Shown: in pieces, positions 9,661 to 23,100 of the stretch
Layout of the letters: every line of letters starts with the position of its first letter
Position numbering within the stretch: the stretch's first letter is position 1
Assembly: GCF_964188315.1 (NCBI RefSeq)
Contig: NC_135667.1
Coordinates: 22,816,001 to 22,880,000, forward strand
Source: Podarcis muralis
Lineage: Eukaryota
Direction of reading: 5' to 3'
Length of the DNA stretch: 64,000 nucleotides
Notes under the pieces: generated by a model
The model's input: only the letters and a program-made list of their open reading frames with translations
Database searches by the model: none
Told to the model about the DNA's origin: nothing
Translations under genes and position numbers: made by a program

Positions 9661-12600
9661 TTACCAATTCCTCCTAAATAAGTGGTCTTTTTTGTTCAAG
9701 TTAGGTTTCAGGATAATTATGTAGCATTTAGGGGCAAAGATGCAGCCCAGTAACCCAGCACTGGAGGCTAAGATGGAGAAGATCTCTACAGCCACCATGT
9801 GCTTCCCTTTGGTGCTCAAGTAAGAGGGCACAAAGGACAACCAAACACTGCAAAACACCAACATGCTGAAAGTGATGAACTTGGCTTCATTGAAACTGTC
9901 TGGCAACTTCCTGGCATGGAAAGCCATGGTGAAGCTCACAAAGGCCAGGAGACCCAGGTAACCAAGGACAGAATAAAACATTGTGGCAGACCCCTCGTTG
10001 CATTCAACTACAATTTCTTCAGTCAGAGAGTGAAAGTCAAAATCTGGAAATGGTGGAGCTGTGCATATCCATACAGCACAAATACTCATTTGAATAAAGG
10101 AGGAACCAAGAAGAATGAAATATGTAAATCCTTTCCCCACCCATCTTCTCATTGTGGAACCTGGCTTGGTGGCCATGAAAGCCAGAACCACAGTGATTGT
10201 TTTGGCTAATATGCATGAAATAGCCACTGAAAATATGATACCAAAAGCAGCTTGTCGTAAGTAGCATGTCACTGTGTGCGGCCACCCAATGAAAAGGAAG
10301 GAGCAGAGAAAGCAGAGCAATAAGGAAATGAGGAGAGAGTAGGTGAGTTCCCGATTGTTTGCTTTGACAATGGGAGTGTTTTGATGCTTAGTAAAGATTC
10401 CAAGTATGAAAGCTGTGATCAGAGAAAAACACAGAGCGAAGAAAGCTAAAGTGAGCCCTAAAGGTTCTGAGAAAGAAAGGAAATTGAAGGCCTTTTGAAT
10501 GCATTGATCTTGGTCTTTGTTTGGAAATTGATTTTCTGGGCATTTGAAACAATTGTCCATATCTGAAAAAATGAAATAAAAGAGGCATTAATAGTCACAA
10601 GCATTTGCCATTTCTTCTTCTTTTGACATTTATTGCCCAAGTGCAAAATGAAGTGAATGCATCCATTTCCAATTTCTGCTCTGTTGTTCAGATCTGTGTG
10701 TGTTTGTTTGTTTGTTTAAGTTAGTCAAGACACATACATGAACTATAGGAAAGCAGAATATATATATATATATATTATGTAAGTGAAAATCATTTAAATA
10801 CCCTAGACATTTTATAAAATAAACTAAAAAACATAGTGGGTATCTGTAATGTAGAATGCAATTTTGAGACAAAGACCAAAGACACAACCCTATACTCACT
10901 TACTTTGGAGTAGGTTCCTTTGAGTAAACATGTCTAGGATTACATCCCCAAAAGCTTGAGATTGGAGTTTGGACTTTGTAAGCTAACACCACTTTGGGTT
11001 ACTGACTGCTATTCTCTGCAGAAGACGCCTGCTCCTTGGGAGAAAGGTGATGGCAAGCTTAGACAGCATCTTAAAAAGCAGAGACATCACCTTCCCAACA
11101 AAGGTCCCTATAGTTAAAGCCATGGTTTTCCTGGTAGTGATGTATGGAAGTGAGAGCTGGACCATAAAGAAGGCTGATCGCCGAAGAATTGATGCTTTTT
11201 AATTATGGTGCTGGAGGAGACTCTTGAGAGTCCCATGAACTGCAAGAAGATCAAACCTATCCATTCTGAAGGAAATTAGCCCTGAGTGCTCACTGGAAGG
11301 ACAGATCGTGAAGCTGAGGCTCCAATACTTTGGCCACCTCATGAGAAGAGAAGACTCCCTGGAAAAGACCCTGATGTTGGGAAAGATGGAGGGCACAAGG
11401 AGAAGGGGACGACAGAGGACGAGATGGGTGGACAGTGTTCTCGAAGCTACGGACATGAGTTTGACCGAACTGCGGGAGGCAGTGGAAGACAGGAGTGCCT
11501 GGCGTGCTCTGGTTCATGGGGTCACGAAGAGTCGGACACGACTAAATGACTAAACAATTCTCTGCAGACCTGCTATGGGGTAATTAATATTGCTGTGAAT
11601 AAATTGCTTTCACTAATGCACAACTTGTATATTTTCTGTGTTCTACAATAGCAACACTGAGACTAATTGGACATGGACAACCAGTGCTACCACCCCCTGG
11701 ACTAGAGGTACGTTAGAAGGCAAGCAGGTGGGGGCTGACTAAGGGCAAACTGAGGTTGGTAGGGTAGTACCCTATTTATTGTAATTTACCAGCCTCCACT
11801 ATTTTCAAAGTTGAAAAGAGGTGTTTGAAAGTGGCTGCAGAGTGCGGAACAAATGTTCAGTAAAAATAAAAACACATCCATTATCCAAACCTAGCTCACA
11901 GTGAAAAAGTAAATTAAATGCTGGAGCCACCAACATTCTGAATGATAGTCAAGGAAAATGGAAAGTACTCTGACAATGTGAAAGAAAAACTTGAACCTCT
12001 TTTACATGGGAATATATGAAATATAAGATGGAGTATCTTATACCACTGCACATGATGTCTCCTACCCTTTTGGTTTGAAATCATCCCATCTGGACATGGA
12101 GCACAGTCATAGCAACAAAATGGCTTCCCCTCCTTCTTTTCTCTCACATAGCCCAGATGGCAGCGGTCATTACACAAAGCAAAGGGTGGCACCTATTTAT
12201 AAAAAGATGACAATGTGTGTTTTTAGCTTTTAAACAAAGCAGTCAACAACAATGTTTCTGGCAGTATTGGGACTGATGGGAAGAAATCATGAATTAGACA
12301 GTAGGCAAATGGGCAGAATCCTGGAAAATTATTGATTGGAAAAGTAACTAATACTAAAAATGGTGGTGTCATTTTGGGTGAAAGTGTGTGGAATTTCCCC
12401 CCTAGATTCCCCAGAAAAGGGAGGCAGAGGACTTGCAAGTGTTTAAGTTTCCTTTAGGCTACATATTTACATTGTTTACAACAAGGCCAAAATTATAAAT
12501 ATTTCATTGTATTCATAGTATAAATGGAAATTGGTGTTCCAATTATCATAACATTTGTTAAGATCTAACCAAGTGATAGCAAAGAGTCCTGATTTAGGAT

Positions 12601-15600
12601 GATGAATAAATTTAATTTGTATTGAAAATTAAATTCACTTCTCACACAGCAATCCTTAGAAATTTGCACTTCTCTGAATTTTGCAGTGCAGTTTTACAGG
12701 CCATAACGTATGTACAAAAAGACATATACCAATGTAAATTCTGCATATAAATGCAACATTAGTGAAGATAACATTAAAGTGCATGGCATTTGGGAAATTT
12801 GTTTCCAAAATATTTCTACTGGCAAGAATGTATATATGCATATTAATACAAATTTGTTGATAAACTCTTTTCCTGAGAAATTTTTTAAAGCAAACTGAAT
12901 GAAAATGAGGAGAATTGAACTCAAGATTGGAGATATGAGATATTGAGGAAAAACAAAATTGCCATATTTCTTCATCCATATTCCTAATTCAGGATGTATT
13001 CCAAAGGTGTGATGGGGAGCACCAAAGTTCAAGATGCGCAAACAGGAAGATTCAATCCCCACTGAGATGGCTCTCAGGCAGAAAAAACTGGGTAAGGTAT
13101 ATTCCTGTGACCTTCAAAGACTACTTCCAGTTAAACCAGATAGCCTGACTCAATATTCAACAGAGTTGTGTTACTATGTAGCAATAGTAACTATTCTAGA
13201 TGAATTTGGCACTCAAATGCACCACTCCTACAGTTTTGTGTATTGTGTAAAAAGTTTAGAGGCTCAAGGAAGTGTATAAGCTTTGAAACTTTAAATATAT
13301 TTATAATTTTAACAGGATAAAAGGCTGTAAAATATTTTTGAAGCATAGTGATATAGTCATCAAAAGACCAAGACAGCAGCTGTGAGGCTGATTAGCTTGT
13401 TAGGGTAATTTACAATCCTGACCTCATAACATTTTACAATGTTGCTTGCTAGGGGTTATCAGAGCATATAAATAACTTTGCCCTCTGCAGAAAAGAGAAA
13501 AACTGGCCAGCAGTTAGCCCCTGTGTTGGTTTCTGGTCACATCACAAGTCAATGGTTTAAGCCATGATTGCTTAAAGTGGTATGATACTATTCTAAATGT
13601 ATAGTGCAGATGAGATATCAGTTCAAGGAAACTAACTCCTGGATTGCAGCTTTATTTCACAGAGTGCTTACTTTTTTAGTTTTTAGTAAACGTACAAATA
13701 CTTGGAACTCATATTTGTGTAGAACCAAGCAATTTTCAAATTCTACTTCATAATAAACATTTGTTGGCATAATCGTCTGCTAGCTTCGAGTCCTATGGAA
13801 TGGAGTTTGTTTTTCAGTGTAGCAAAATTCTGGAATGCTTTACTATACAATATTGTATCTTAGAATCCACATTTTTTAAATACATGTCCCTCTTTTAAAA
13901 TAAATTGGTAATCCAGTCTCACCTGATTAAGAGCACTGTTCCACATGATGTCCTCCTTATTCAATGTAAATTCTTGGTTTTGTGATGCCTGTGGATTCAC
14001 TCTTCCTACTTTCAGTCGCAAGAAGGATTGGTTTGGGAAAGTAACCCAGTTCATAATATCAAATCCAGCTGCTAGTTCACGATTCTCATCAAATGAAACT
14101 GTATCACCAACACTGTTGTTAAATGAGATGCTCCTCAGGAAATAGTGAAGCTATGCAGAATGAAGAAAAAGCAGACTCTACTGAATGACAAAAAGGGACA
14201 ACAGAAGAATACATTTTTCTTGCTATGGTAGGGAAGAGGACTATAAAGATCACTCAATTGAATTTTCAAAGTAAATAAATACATAATGGTGCNNNNNNNN
14301 NNNNNNNNNNNNNNNNNNNNNNNNNNNNNNNNNNNNNNNNNNNNNNNNNNNNNNNNNNNNNNNNNNNNNNNNNNNNNNNNNNNNNNNNNNNNNNNNNNNN
14401 NNNNNNNNNNNNNNNNNNNNNNTATGGGGATAATGAAATTTCTTCTTTAAACTAGGTTTCAGAAAAGGGGTATGTCTACACTACAATTTTCAGAAACATA
14501 TAGGTAATATGTATTTATATATTTATTATTGAAGTATTTTTATGCTAGCTTTCAAGGAAAACATAATTGATAAATACACAAATACAAAACAGTAGTTAAA
14601 ATAAAATAGGCTCAAGAAAACGAAAACAGGCAAGCTGGAAGAGGTAGCAGTTGAAAACAGAGGTGAATATTGTGTGCTGGCTTTATTCTGTTGATGTATT
14701 CCAACCGACCAAGTGGTTGTTCTAAATCTCACCCGCCAAGACTTAAGATTTTTATGATCTAGTTTACTTCTCTTTGCCATGGCTCTGTGTTTTGACATGG
14801 GTGAGTACATCCTATGCAAAGAATGTGCTATGGCATGAACTGCATTGTAGATGCTGTAGCTTTGGCCAGTCATGCTAATTTCAAACAGGGTCCCAGGGAG
14901 GCTCTCCAGCTTCTCCAGGCCAGTGCAGCTGTCCATCCTTTCCTCGTGCTCATTAGAAGCAGAAAAGAAGCAGTTGAAAGCCTGCTCCCAGAAGATCCTG
15001 ATAAAACCATCTTCATTGGCAGTGTTAGGATTCAATGTCTTCAGGAAGCTTGTGAAACTCTGCATTTCATTTGAGTGGATTGCAAAAGACAATGTGTCAT
15101 CAAAGACCTGTATATCAAAATCTTTGTGCAGTATTTCTGGCGAAAAATTCCATTGTGCTGTCATAATCCACACCTTTCCTATAGAAGTCTCTCTAATACC
15201 TTCTAATAAGGAAAATAAATATATAATCCATATCAAAGCTGCAATGGTCTTAGGTTCTGCACATACAATCAGTACTTTGACTTCTGCAGTGAGGAAGCGA
15301 ACAGATGTGGTCCGAATGATGTCTAATGAACTGAAATTCTCTATAGCTTGAGATAAGGATGGCATTTTTTGATAGAAGGCTGTACAGATTCCATGCTGAG
15401 AGAGCAATGGGATCAAGATCTCCATAAATGTTTCTCCACTCTCATCATCTGTTGCAATAATCCCCACCCATATCCACTGGAAATGGAGAAGTAGCTGTGC
15501 AATTCCTTGGTATTGATAGATTTCTTTGGGAACCATTCGGTAGAGGGAACGAAGCTGGGCTTTAATACTCCTCACTGGAGCTAGTACGCAGTAGGCCACC

Positions 15601-17296
15601 TAAGGGGAAATAGGATTAATTTCAACATGATGCTCAGAAGTCAAACTAAACTGCCAAGATTTATTCAAATTTTCCAAAATAGAAATATTCTTCAGTATTT
15701 ATATTTGTTCTCATAATATAAGAAGTGAAAATATAAAAAGCTTTGTTCCAATTTTTGCATACTGATATACTTTTGCCATTACTAAAATCCATCTTCTTTT
15801 TATTTTATCAAAATATCAGATGGGAAATATTTATTTTGAATTATGTTGATCCCTTTGCAACCTGTGCAAAATGTATGTGGCCTTACTTTGTGTGTGTTGT
15901 GATAATTTTTTTGTTGTTATTTTATTAGTACCCCGCCCATCTGACTGGGTTGCCCCTGCCACTCAGACATTTCCCCAAGCGACAAAATAAATTTCGGATT
16001 ATCCCTTCATTAATATTTATATTTTTTCTCTTATTGGCCTGCAGAACTACAACACCAAAAGTTATATGAAACCCTCCATTAGATATTTTGTTTTTGGAGG
16101 AAGGTTGCAGATACATAATTAAATGTTGATCATTTCTCTCTGCATAATTCTTTCCTACCTTGGACAAAATATGTATGGGTTGAGGCATCCATATTAGAAA
16201 CATGCATAGAGCAAATAAATTGGTTATAAAAAAAAGAATCACTCCTTCATAATCTTTGCAGATCATAAGATCAAAACATCTTAGAAATTATTTCCACCGC
16301 TGGATATGCTGCTGCAATCAAAATGAAAGAAATGTATAGCTCCTTGCTCAACATATACGTACACGATGAAAAGAAGTATAAATTATTTTTATTTTCTACT
16401 TCATAGATGCTGTGATAAAATATAAGCAAAGACTTGGGCTTTGGAATCATTTATACGTTTTGCCCATGCAATATTTTTCTCACTCATAAAAGAAGAGTGT
16501 AATAGAAATAAAGTTTAGAAAATGCCAGGGAAGGCCTATTATATTAGATTCAAAAAAGCTTCATTGCACACACACTCATCCTACCTGTGCAATCTTGTAG
16601 ATATCTAAGATAGTAGCCATGTGAAGGGTGATGTCAGAGTCTTGTCCCCCAATAACAGCCATCATATTCTTTTTCCTGTCACATATGAAGTTAGGGACAA
16701 TTCTTTCTGTGCTGGACAGAAGCTTCAAGGTGTTCTGATGAGTCATCCTTTCATTTGTGTAGCTATCATAGATGTGGAACCCCAGGCTGACATTTGGTAG
16801 GATCTTTGGATTCTCATTGATCTCTTTCACAGCAAATGCCAAGGATAGGACATGCTGATAGTTCTTCGGTGTAGCACTAAATTAAAAATTGCATCTTGCG
16901 TAAGACAGATATCTAACCCTCAACCCTTCATGTTATCACCTGTCTGTGAGAATTACCTTACTTATATCATTTTTGCAGCAAACATAATTAGGTCTTAAAT
17001 TGCCATATTTTCAAATCTACAAGAAAAATAAGTATTTATTGATAATGTAGATAAACCTTCTGGAAGTTGTCATTATGATATGGCATAAGTTCTACTTACA
17101 TCTGATACAAAATGTGCAGTTGAACAATTTATCTAATACTGGAACATGCTGCCAAGGCATCTGCTATGGCAAGAAAACATGCATCAGTGGAGCAAACAAA
17201 ATGAGGCAATCATGGGTGGGTCAGAGAGGAACAACAACTTGAAGCCAAACCTGCAGTCCATAGAAGTAATGTCCTTCACACTGAGCTCAGAGAGGG

Positions 17297-17334
<38 letters not shown>

Positions 17335-18070
17335 ATTTAAGAAAAGCTATTCTAGCAATGATGATTGAGTATATAATATGTTCAGTACCCAGGCACTACT
17401 AGTATATAAATACAGAACATAGAGCGTGTGCTGCAGTTGACAAGATGATGAGGAAAAACAATATTGGGGTATGTCATACTGGCCACAGGTTGCTCACATT
17501 AAGTAGCCAAGCTCAGCCTGTCTTTTCTTTGTTTTGTGTGCACAACTCCTAATTCCCAGGCTTTATTGGTGCAAAAATGTGAGTCCTGGCTGCCAGTTGA
17601 AACCTTTTTTACTAAAAAAAAGGGGGGGGAATGGTTAAAGAGGCAATGTGCAGCAAGTGCTTTCCACTCATATGTGGAAAAGCAAACTGGTGCAAATGAA
17701 TACCAGTAATATAGTGTAGATGGGATATCATATACACCTTTGAATAATCCATTCATATTAACTGCAGGTACTTGTATGGCTTCTTTAGATTGTATGTGAC
17801 CTAATCTTGTGTCTATTTGGGCAGGTGGGTGGGGGAGAGTCCTTACAGAAGCTGATCTGCAAACTTTGTTTTAGGGTGTTCACTAAAAGATATTTCATCC
17901 ATCACACAGCCAAGCTGAGAAGTCATCTCTCCAATAAGTACATCCCCTTTCTGATAATATTCGTAGGGGAGCTGGAAGAGATCAGTCATAATACACATAA
18001 CAGTGTCTTCCTTTCCATCAGCTGAGGGCAGCTGCAGCCACAGAAAGAGGAATAGTAACCACATAGACAT
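9661..18070 (-). CDS. Vomeronasal type-2 receptor V2R-A (class C GPCR), complete, ~879 aa
   Basis: Exons 17847-18070, 16585-16876, 14733-15599, 13923-14150, 12066-12192, 9661-10562. All GT-AG, phases 2/0/0/0/1, sum 2640 nt, no internal stops found. Signal peptide, flytrap domain, Cys-rich CCYDCAPCP, 7TM with KANNREL and [22 protein letters not shown]. An N gap lies in intron 3. Confidence 0.92.
11023..11556 (+). mobile_element. Bov-B (RTE) LINE 3' fragment with 12-bp TSD, in V2R-A intron 5
   Basis: Encodes [39 protein letters not shown] and ends GTCGGACACGACTAAATGACTAAAC. TSD ATTCTCTGCAGA at 11011-11022 and 11557-11568. Confidence 0.88.
14293..14422. other. Assembly gap (130 N) in V2R-A intron 3
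   Basis: Run of N. Confidence 0.98.
15921..15970 (-). mobile_element. Very short L2-type 3'-end fragment
   Basis: TTATTAGTACCCCGCCCATCTGACTGGGTTGCCCCTGCCACTC is the reverse-orientation match to the fragment at 59955-60005. Confidence 0.4.
17301..17330. repeat. (TG)15 microsatellite
   Basis: Direct reading. Confidence 0.95.
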
Positions 18071-18287
18071 TTTCTCTTAGGGTAAATATCGACCAAGAAT
18101 TGTGTTTTCTGTCTGCTATGAACCTTCCACTATGTTGTCACAGTCTTTCTTCTGTGGCTCCAGATTCTTTTGATAAGGTGAACTTGACAATTAGACTGGC
18201 ATAGTTCTTTCTGTCATCGAGCTTTGTACAAAGGTATACTCTATATGGGTTTCAGATTGTTTTTGATTACCACTGTAGCATGACAAA

Positions 18288-18297
18288 TCCATGGGGA
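18288..18297. promoter_or_regulatory. O/E(EBF)-like motif in conserved V2R upstream module (representative copy)
   Basis: TCCATGGGGA, 218 bp upstream of the ATG. Positional homologs at 1451, 4847, 27605, 37704, 50364 and 59038. Similarity to the TCCCNNGGGA consensus is from established knowledge; function is inferred. Confidence 0.45.
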
Positions 18298-20123
18298 GTT
18301 TGCTAAAGTACAGGAGGAGTCATAGTAATTTAGTATAAATGACAGGGTCCAATGTAATTTTTCCAGAGTACTTTCCTATACAAACATAATTTTCAGGAAC
18401 AGAAGACAAGTTATCACATCTCAGTGTACCATATGTGGGACAAATGTTGCATGTGCACTCAGTAGGGATATGAGACAAAAGTGACAAGAGATGACTAGGG
18501 CCCATGGGATAGAAGTAGGGCAGGGTACTGTCTATTTAGGATATGAATTTCCCCAAAGGAGTGCAGGCAGTCTCTTGGGGTTTGTGCTCCTTTGTACAAT
18601 TGAAGATGTGGCAGAGACTGTCGTAACTTTAAGAAATATAATTTAGTCAGATATTTACACCTTCAATCTGCATGGAGTCCTAATTTTACAGCATGGTAGT
18701 TTCAAGAGGAACTTGTTCCCTACAGCAGTGCATCATTGGAGTGCAAGGTATCTCTCCCAGCCAACCTTCAGGCACCCTGCCCAAGATAGATCTCCCCCTT
18801 TGGTCTCCCCTTCTTCTTCCCAGTACACTATGAGGTTGAGATAAAACTGCTGTTGGTTTCAAGCCAAATGAAAAACTTAAACTAGTATGAGAACATCAAT
18901 GATACTTGAGATCAAGTTATTAATTTTCCTGTAAAGGCTTATTCAGTATTCAGTCTTCCAGTGAGCATATGATCAATGTGACCAATTGGTGTTTAGGGTG
19001 TGTCACAAAGTGTAAAGGTCAAATCTGAAATTAGGGGGTTCGAACATATGAATGATAGTTACGGATTTAATTAGAACAAAAATAATTCTTCAACATTCTT
19101 ACCACAATCAAGTAGGTCATTCTACATGAGCATCTATGGAGCTTTAGCATCTGAGATGTACAATAGGGGGCCAGGGATGGGGAAAATATTATTGTTAATT
19201 GAGAGATGCCTAGAAAAAGAAAGTTTTTCCAGAAATTTCAAGTAGTTGGTGGGGGACAGAGATGACATTCTGTGCTATCTGAAGATCGAATAAAGCAACG
19301 CAAAGTATGTAGAGTAAGAGATGTAAAATGTTTTCCATGCCTGGAAAATAATATCAGATCTCATTTTAAGTTAGTGAGACAAGTAACATGAGCTCTCAAA
19401 AGAGCTCAGAGAGAGAAGTGCAAAAGCATAGAGGAACTCCAGGACAGAGGCAAAGAGCCTGCTTATTTGGAATAGAAGTTTCATGTATATTGATGCATTG
19501 TAGTAATCAGGCACAAATAAACATTTTTGTATTCATTACATTTACAAGCTAACATAACTTTTAAAAATTACAAAAACTCTCTTGAATTGCATATCCTTAA
19601 ATCAATATTTTATTATAAAAGATAGAAACGGTGTCACAGTACATTCACTTTCCAGCAGGTTCACTATCATTCACTATACTCATGGCAAAAGTAGGTCCTT
19701 CCAAAATGATTTTTGGCCATGTGGCAGTCCAGTATTCTGACCCTCATGTTTTGCAAATACAATACAAAGCCATCACATTGCTACAAAATTAAACTACCAT
19801 AGGTAGTTGAGGGGACACATGAGGTTTTGCCTCAGTGGAAGTCACATAAATGACTAGTCAATGGGGGAACATCTACACCCATCATAGATTAACTTTTCAT
19901 GACAGATACAGTTTCAGAAGCCCAAATAAACAGGAGAATGAAGAAAGCACTGAATCATAGAAGTAAAGAGTTTTGCACCACATTCTAAACCCTTAGCCCT
20001 AGCTTAGTGTGCAGAAAATAGTATTTGGGAAAACAAAGGAGTAAATTATATATTTTAGTAATATTATTCTTTAATAAATACCACCATTTTAAGATCATAT
20101 AAAATTTAAAGATGATTAGATTC

Positions 20124-23100
20124 TTAATATTTTCTCCAGGTTAATTGGTCCTTAGTGTTCAAATGAGGCCTCAGAATTATTATGTAGCATTTAGGGGCAA
20201 ATATGCAACCCAACAACCCAGCACTGGAGGCCAAGATAGAGAAGATCTCCACAGCCACCATGTATTTCCCCTTTGTGCTCAGGTAAGAGGGCACAAAGGA
20301 CAACCAAACGCTACAAAACACCAACATGCTGAAAGTGATGAACTTGGCCTCATTGAAGCTGTCCGGCAACTTCCTGGCCAGAAATGCCACAGTGAAGCTG
20401 ACCGTGGCCAGAAATCCCAAGTATCCCAAGACACAAAAGAACATAAAAACTGAACCTTCATTGCATTCTGCTATTATTTCTTCTGCCAGGCAGTGCATAT
20501 CAAAATTTGGGAAGGGAGGAGCAGTACTTAGCCATACAGTACAAATACAGACTTGAACAAAGGAGCAACCAAAAAGAATGAAGTGGGAAATTTGTTTCCC
20601 AACCCATTTCAACATCCTGGATCCTGGTTTGGTGACTGCAAATGCTAAGACCACAGTGACAGTTTTTGCCAATATGCTTGAAAGAGCCACAGTGAAGATG
20701 ACTCCAAAAACTGCTTGTCTTACATAGCAGGTCACTGTGTGAGGCCAGCCGAGGAATAGGAAGCAGCAGAGGAAGCAGAACAATAGGCAGATGAGCAGAG
20801 CATAGGTGAGGTCCCGATTGTTGGCCTTGACAATGGGAGTGTCTTGATACTTAGTGAAGACTCTGAGCACAAAAGCAGTGATCAAAGAAAAAGACAGAGC
20901 CAAGAGAGATAAAGTGATACCGAAAGGTTCTGAGAAAGAGAGGAAATTCAGGAGCCTAGGGATGCATTGATCTTGTTCCTTGTTTGGAAAGCGATCTTCT
21001 GGGCACTTGAAGCAAGCAATCATGTCTGAAATAAACAAGCAAATAAATTAAACTAATTTTTGGGATTATGCAATATGTGTTGGTGAACTGAGTTGCTGCT
21101 GTAGAAAATAGTGGCAATACATCTCCTACCATTTTTGTCTGAAATCATCCCTTCTGGACATGGAGCACAATCATAGCAACAAAATGGCTTCCCCTCTTTC
21201 TTTTTTCTGCTGTAGCCAGGATGGCAGTGGTCATTACACCTGGCAAGGGGAAGCGCCTATTCATAAAAAGAGAATTATTTTGTCTCATTTGTCCTGTAAA
21301 TTATTTTACTAATTTATTTCGTAAAGAAATCAGCCAAGGATGTCCCATAGATCACAAGAGGGCTATGCATAGTTTCCCGCTTTGAAAACATTTCCCCATG
21401 TTGTTAAATGAAGAAGGGAGGATCAGTATGAAATCAAAAATAGGAGTCAAATGAATCATTCCCTTGATGCTTAAGGTGTCTTTAGCAACAAGTTCAAAAC
21501 TGGTATTCTTCCACTTGGGAAATGGGGATGGACAGACTGTTGAATGGTGGGTTTATTTTGAAATTTAAGGGGCTGTTTCTGGTTCCATGTGTAATAACAC
21601 AGATCTCTGCTACACACCCTCCCTTCATACACTAGGATAAGCATCTGAGATTATGGATCACAGCTTCTATACATGAGCACCCAAGTTTCTCGGAACTAGT
21701 GGAGTGTAGACATTTATATGTAGGTATGTATGCATATAATCTCACCTGATTAAATGCACTGTTCCGTGTGATGGCCTTCTCGTTCACTCTGAATTCTTGG
21801 CCTGGTGATGCCCATGGGTCCATCATTCCTACTTTCACCTTGAAAAAGGAGTGATTTGGGAAAATCACCCAATTTACAATATCGTATCCAGATGCTAATT
21901 CACCATTCTCATCAAAAGAAACGGTATCACCCTCACTGTTGTTAAATGAGATGCTTTTCAGGAAAAGGTTAAGCTAAATTGAAGGAATTAAACATAAGTT
22001 TTGCAAAAAGATGAGAGTGGAAAACATATTTTCCTATTTTGGCTATCCAACTTTGTCTTAGCAGAAAATCCTCTGAGTCCTACTCAGTGGTGATAGTCAA
22101 AGAAACATGAGAAGAAGGAAACATAGACAGCTTTAGGTCATGATTAGATAAATCTATGGACTCCCATTGGCTTTTATTTACAATGGCTGTATATTGCAAG
22201 AATGCTGTTGTTGCATGTAAGCATCTTGGTCAGCAAATGGAAGAGTGCTATGTCCTGCTGAAGTCCTGTTTGTCGACTTCCATAGGTATCTGTCGACTAT
22301 TTCAACAGAACAGTAGGCTAGATGGCTCTTGGTTCCAACCCACAAGAATCTATGGCCTTTTAAATTGTGGGAGGGATATTTCATTTGTTTGTTACTATGC
22401 TGTTTATTTTTGTGTTTTTATATTATAAACCTCCCTGCAATGGATGAGAGGCCGTATAGAAAATTGATACATAAAGGAATTATTATTATGCTCTTAATTT
22501 ACACTGAGTCTCTCCAAGTATCTTGGTATATAGCACTAATCTTAGCTGTATGTCAATTTGAATCCATCCCTGGAAATTCCTCACAATTCGTTTTGTCCAC
22601 CCTGGAAAAGCTGGCAATAAATGTTTCAGCCATGGCATTAGCTCTTTCTTTATTTTTATTTTCCTGTGATTACTGTCTTAATTCTCAAAACCATTTCACA
22701 TACATCACAAGATACCCAATCTTGCTTGGGTTTCCACAGCAGCCTGTCAGATTTCTTAAACCCCTCTACTTTCCTCAAACAGCAGCAGTCTAATTTCCCA
22801 CCTCCACCTGTATCTCACCTCTGTTTTTCTACAGAACTGGTCACATAAAAGTTTACTGCAGAAGGGGTGGTGTCTGATCTTCTGTTTTATACAAATTATA
22901 TCTTTGGCCAGTCTGGATGTTGTATTGCTAACTTCCCTTGTAATCAGTGCACAGGGCTATTTACAAGCCAGTGTACCAAGGAATGGTAACCGGATAATAC
23001 TTGTATGTTTGTGCTAACAAAAGGAGGATAACTTTAGGAAAGTTGGATAGTCTATGCAATTTTGTACTATTGAAGCATGTGAAAATATCAGAAAAGTCAT

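Noticed and set aside
14293-14422. N gap inside V2R-A as a possible hidden exon or gene boundary
   Set aside because: Exons 3 and 4 join in frame and the six-exon set is complete, although the true gap size is unknown and A could in principle be a chimera of two genes.
14872-15351. 'Conserved' antisense ORFs in exon 3 (14872-15351, 23269-23748, 34224-34430, 44009-44215; MLIS...)
   Set aside because: They lie in the antisense frame whose third positions coincide with those of the V2R codons. Their conservation and lack of stops are a shadow of V2R coding constraint, and lengths vary (159 vs 68 aa).
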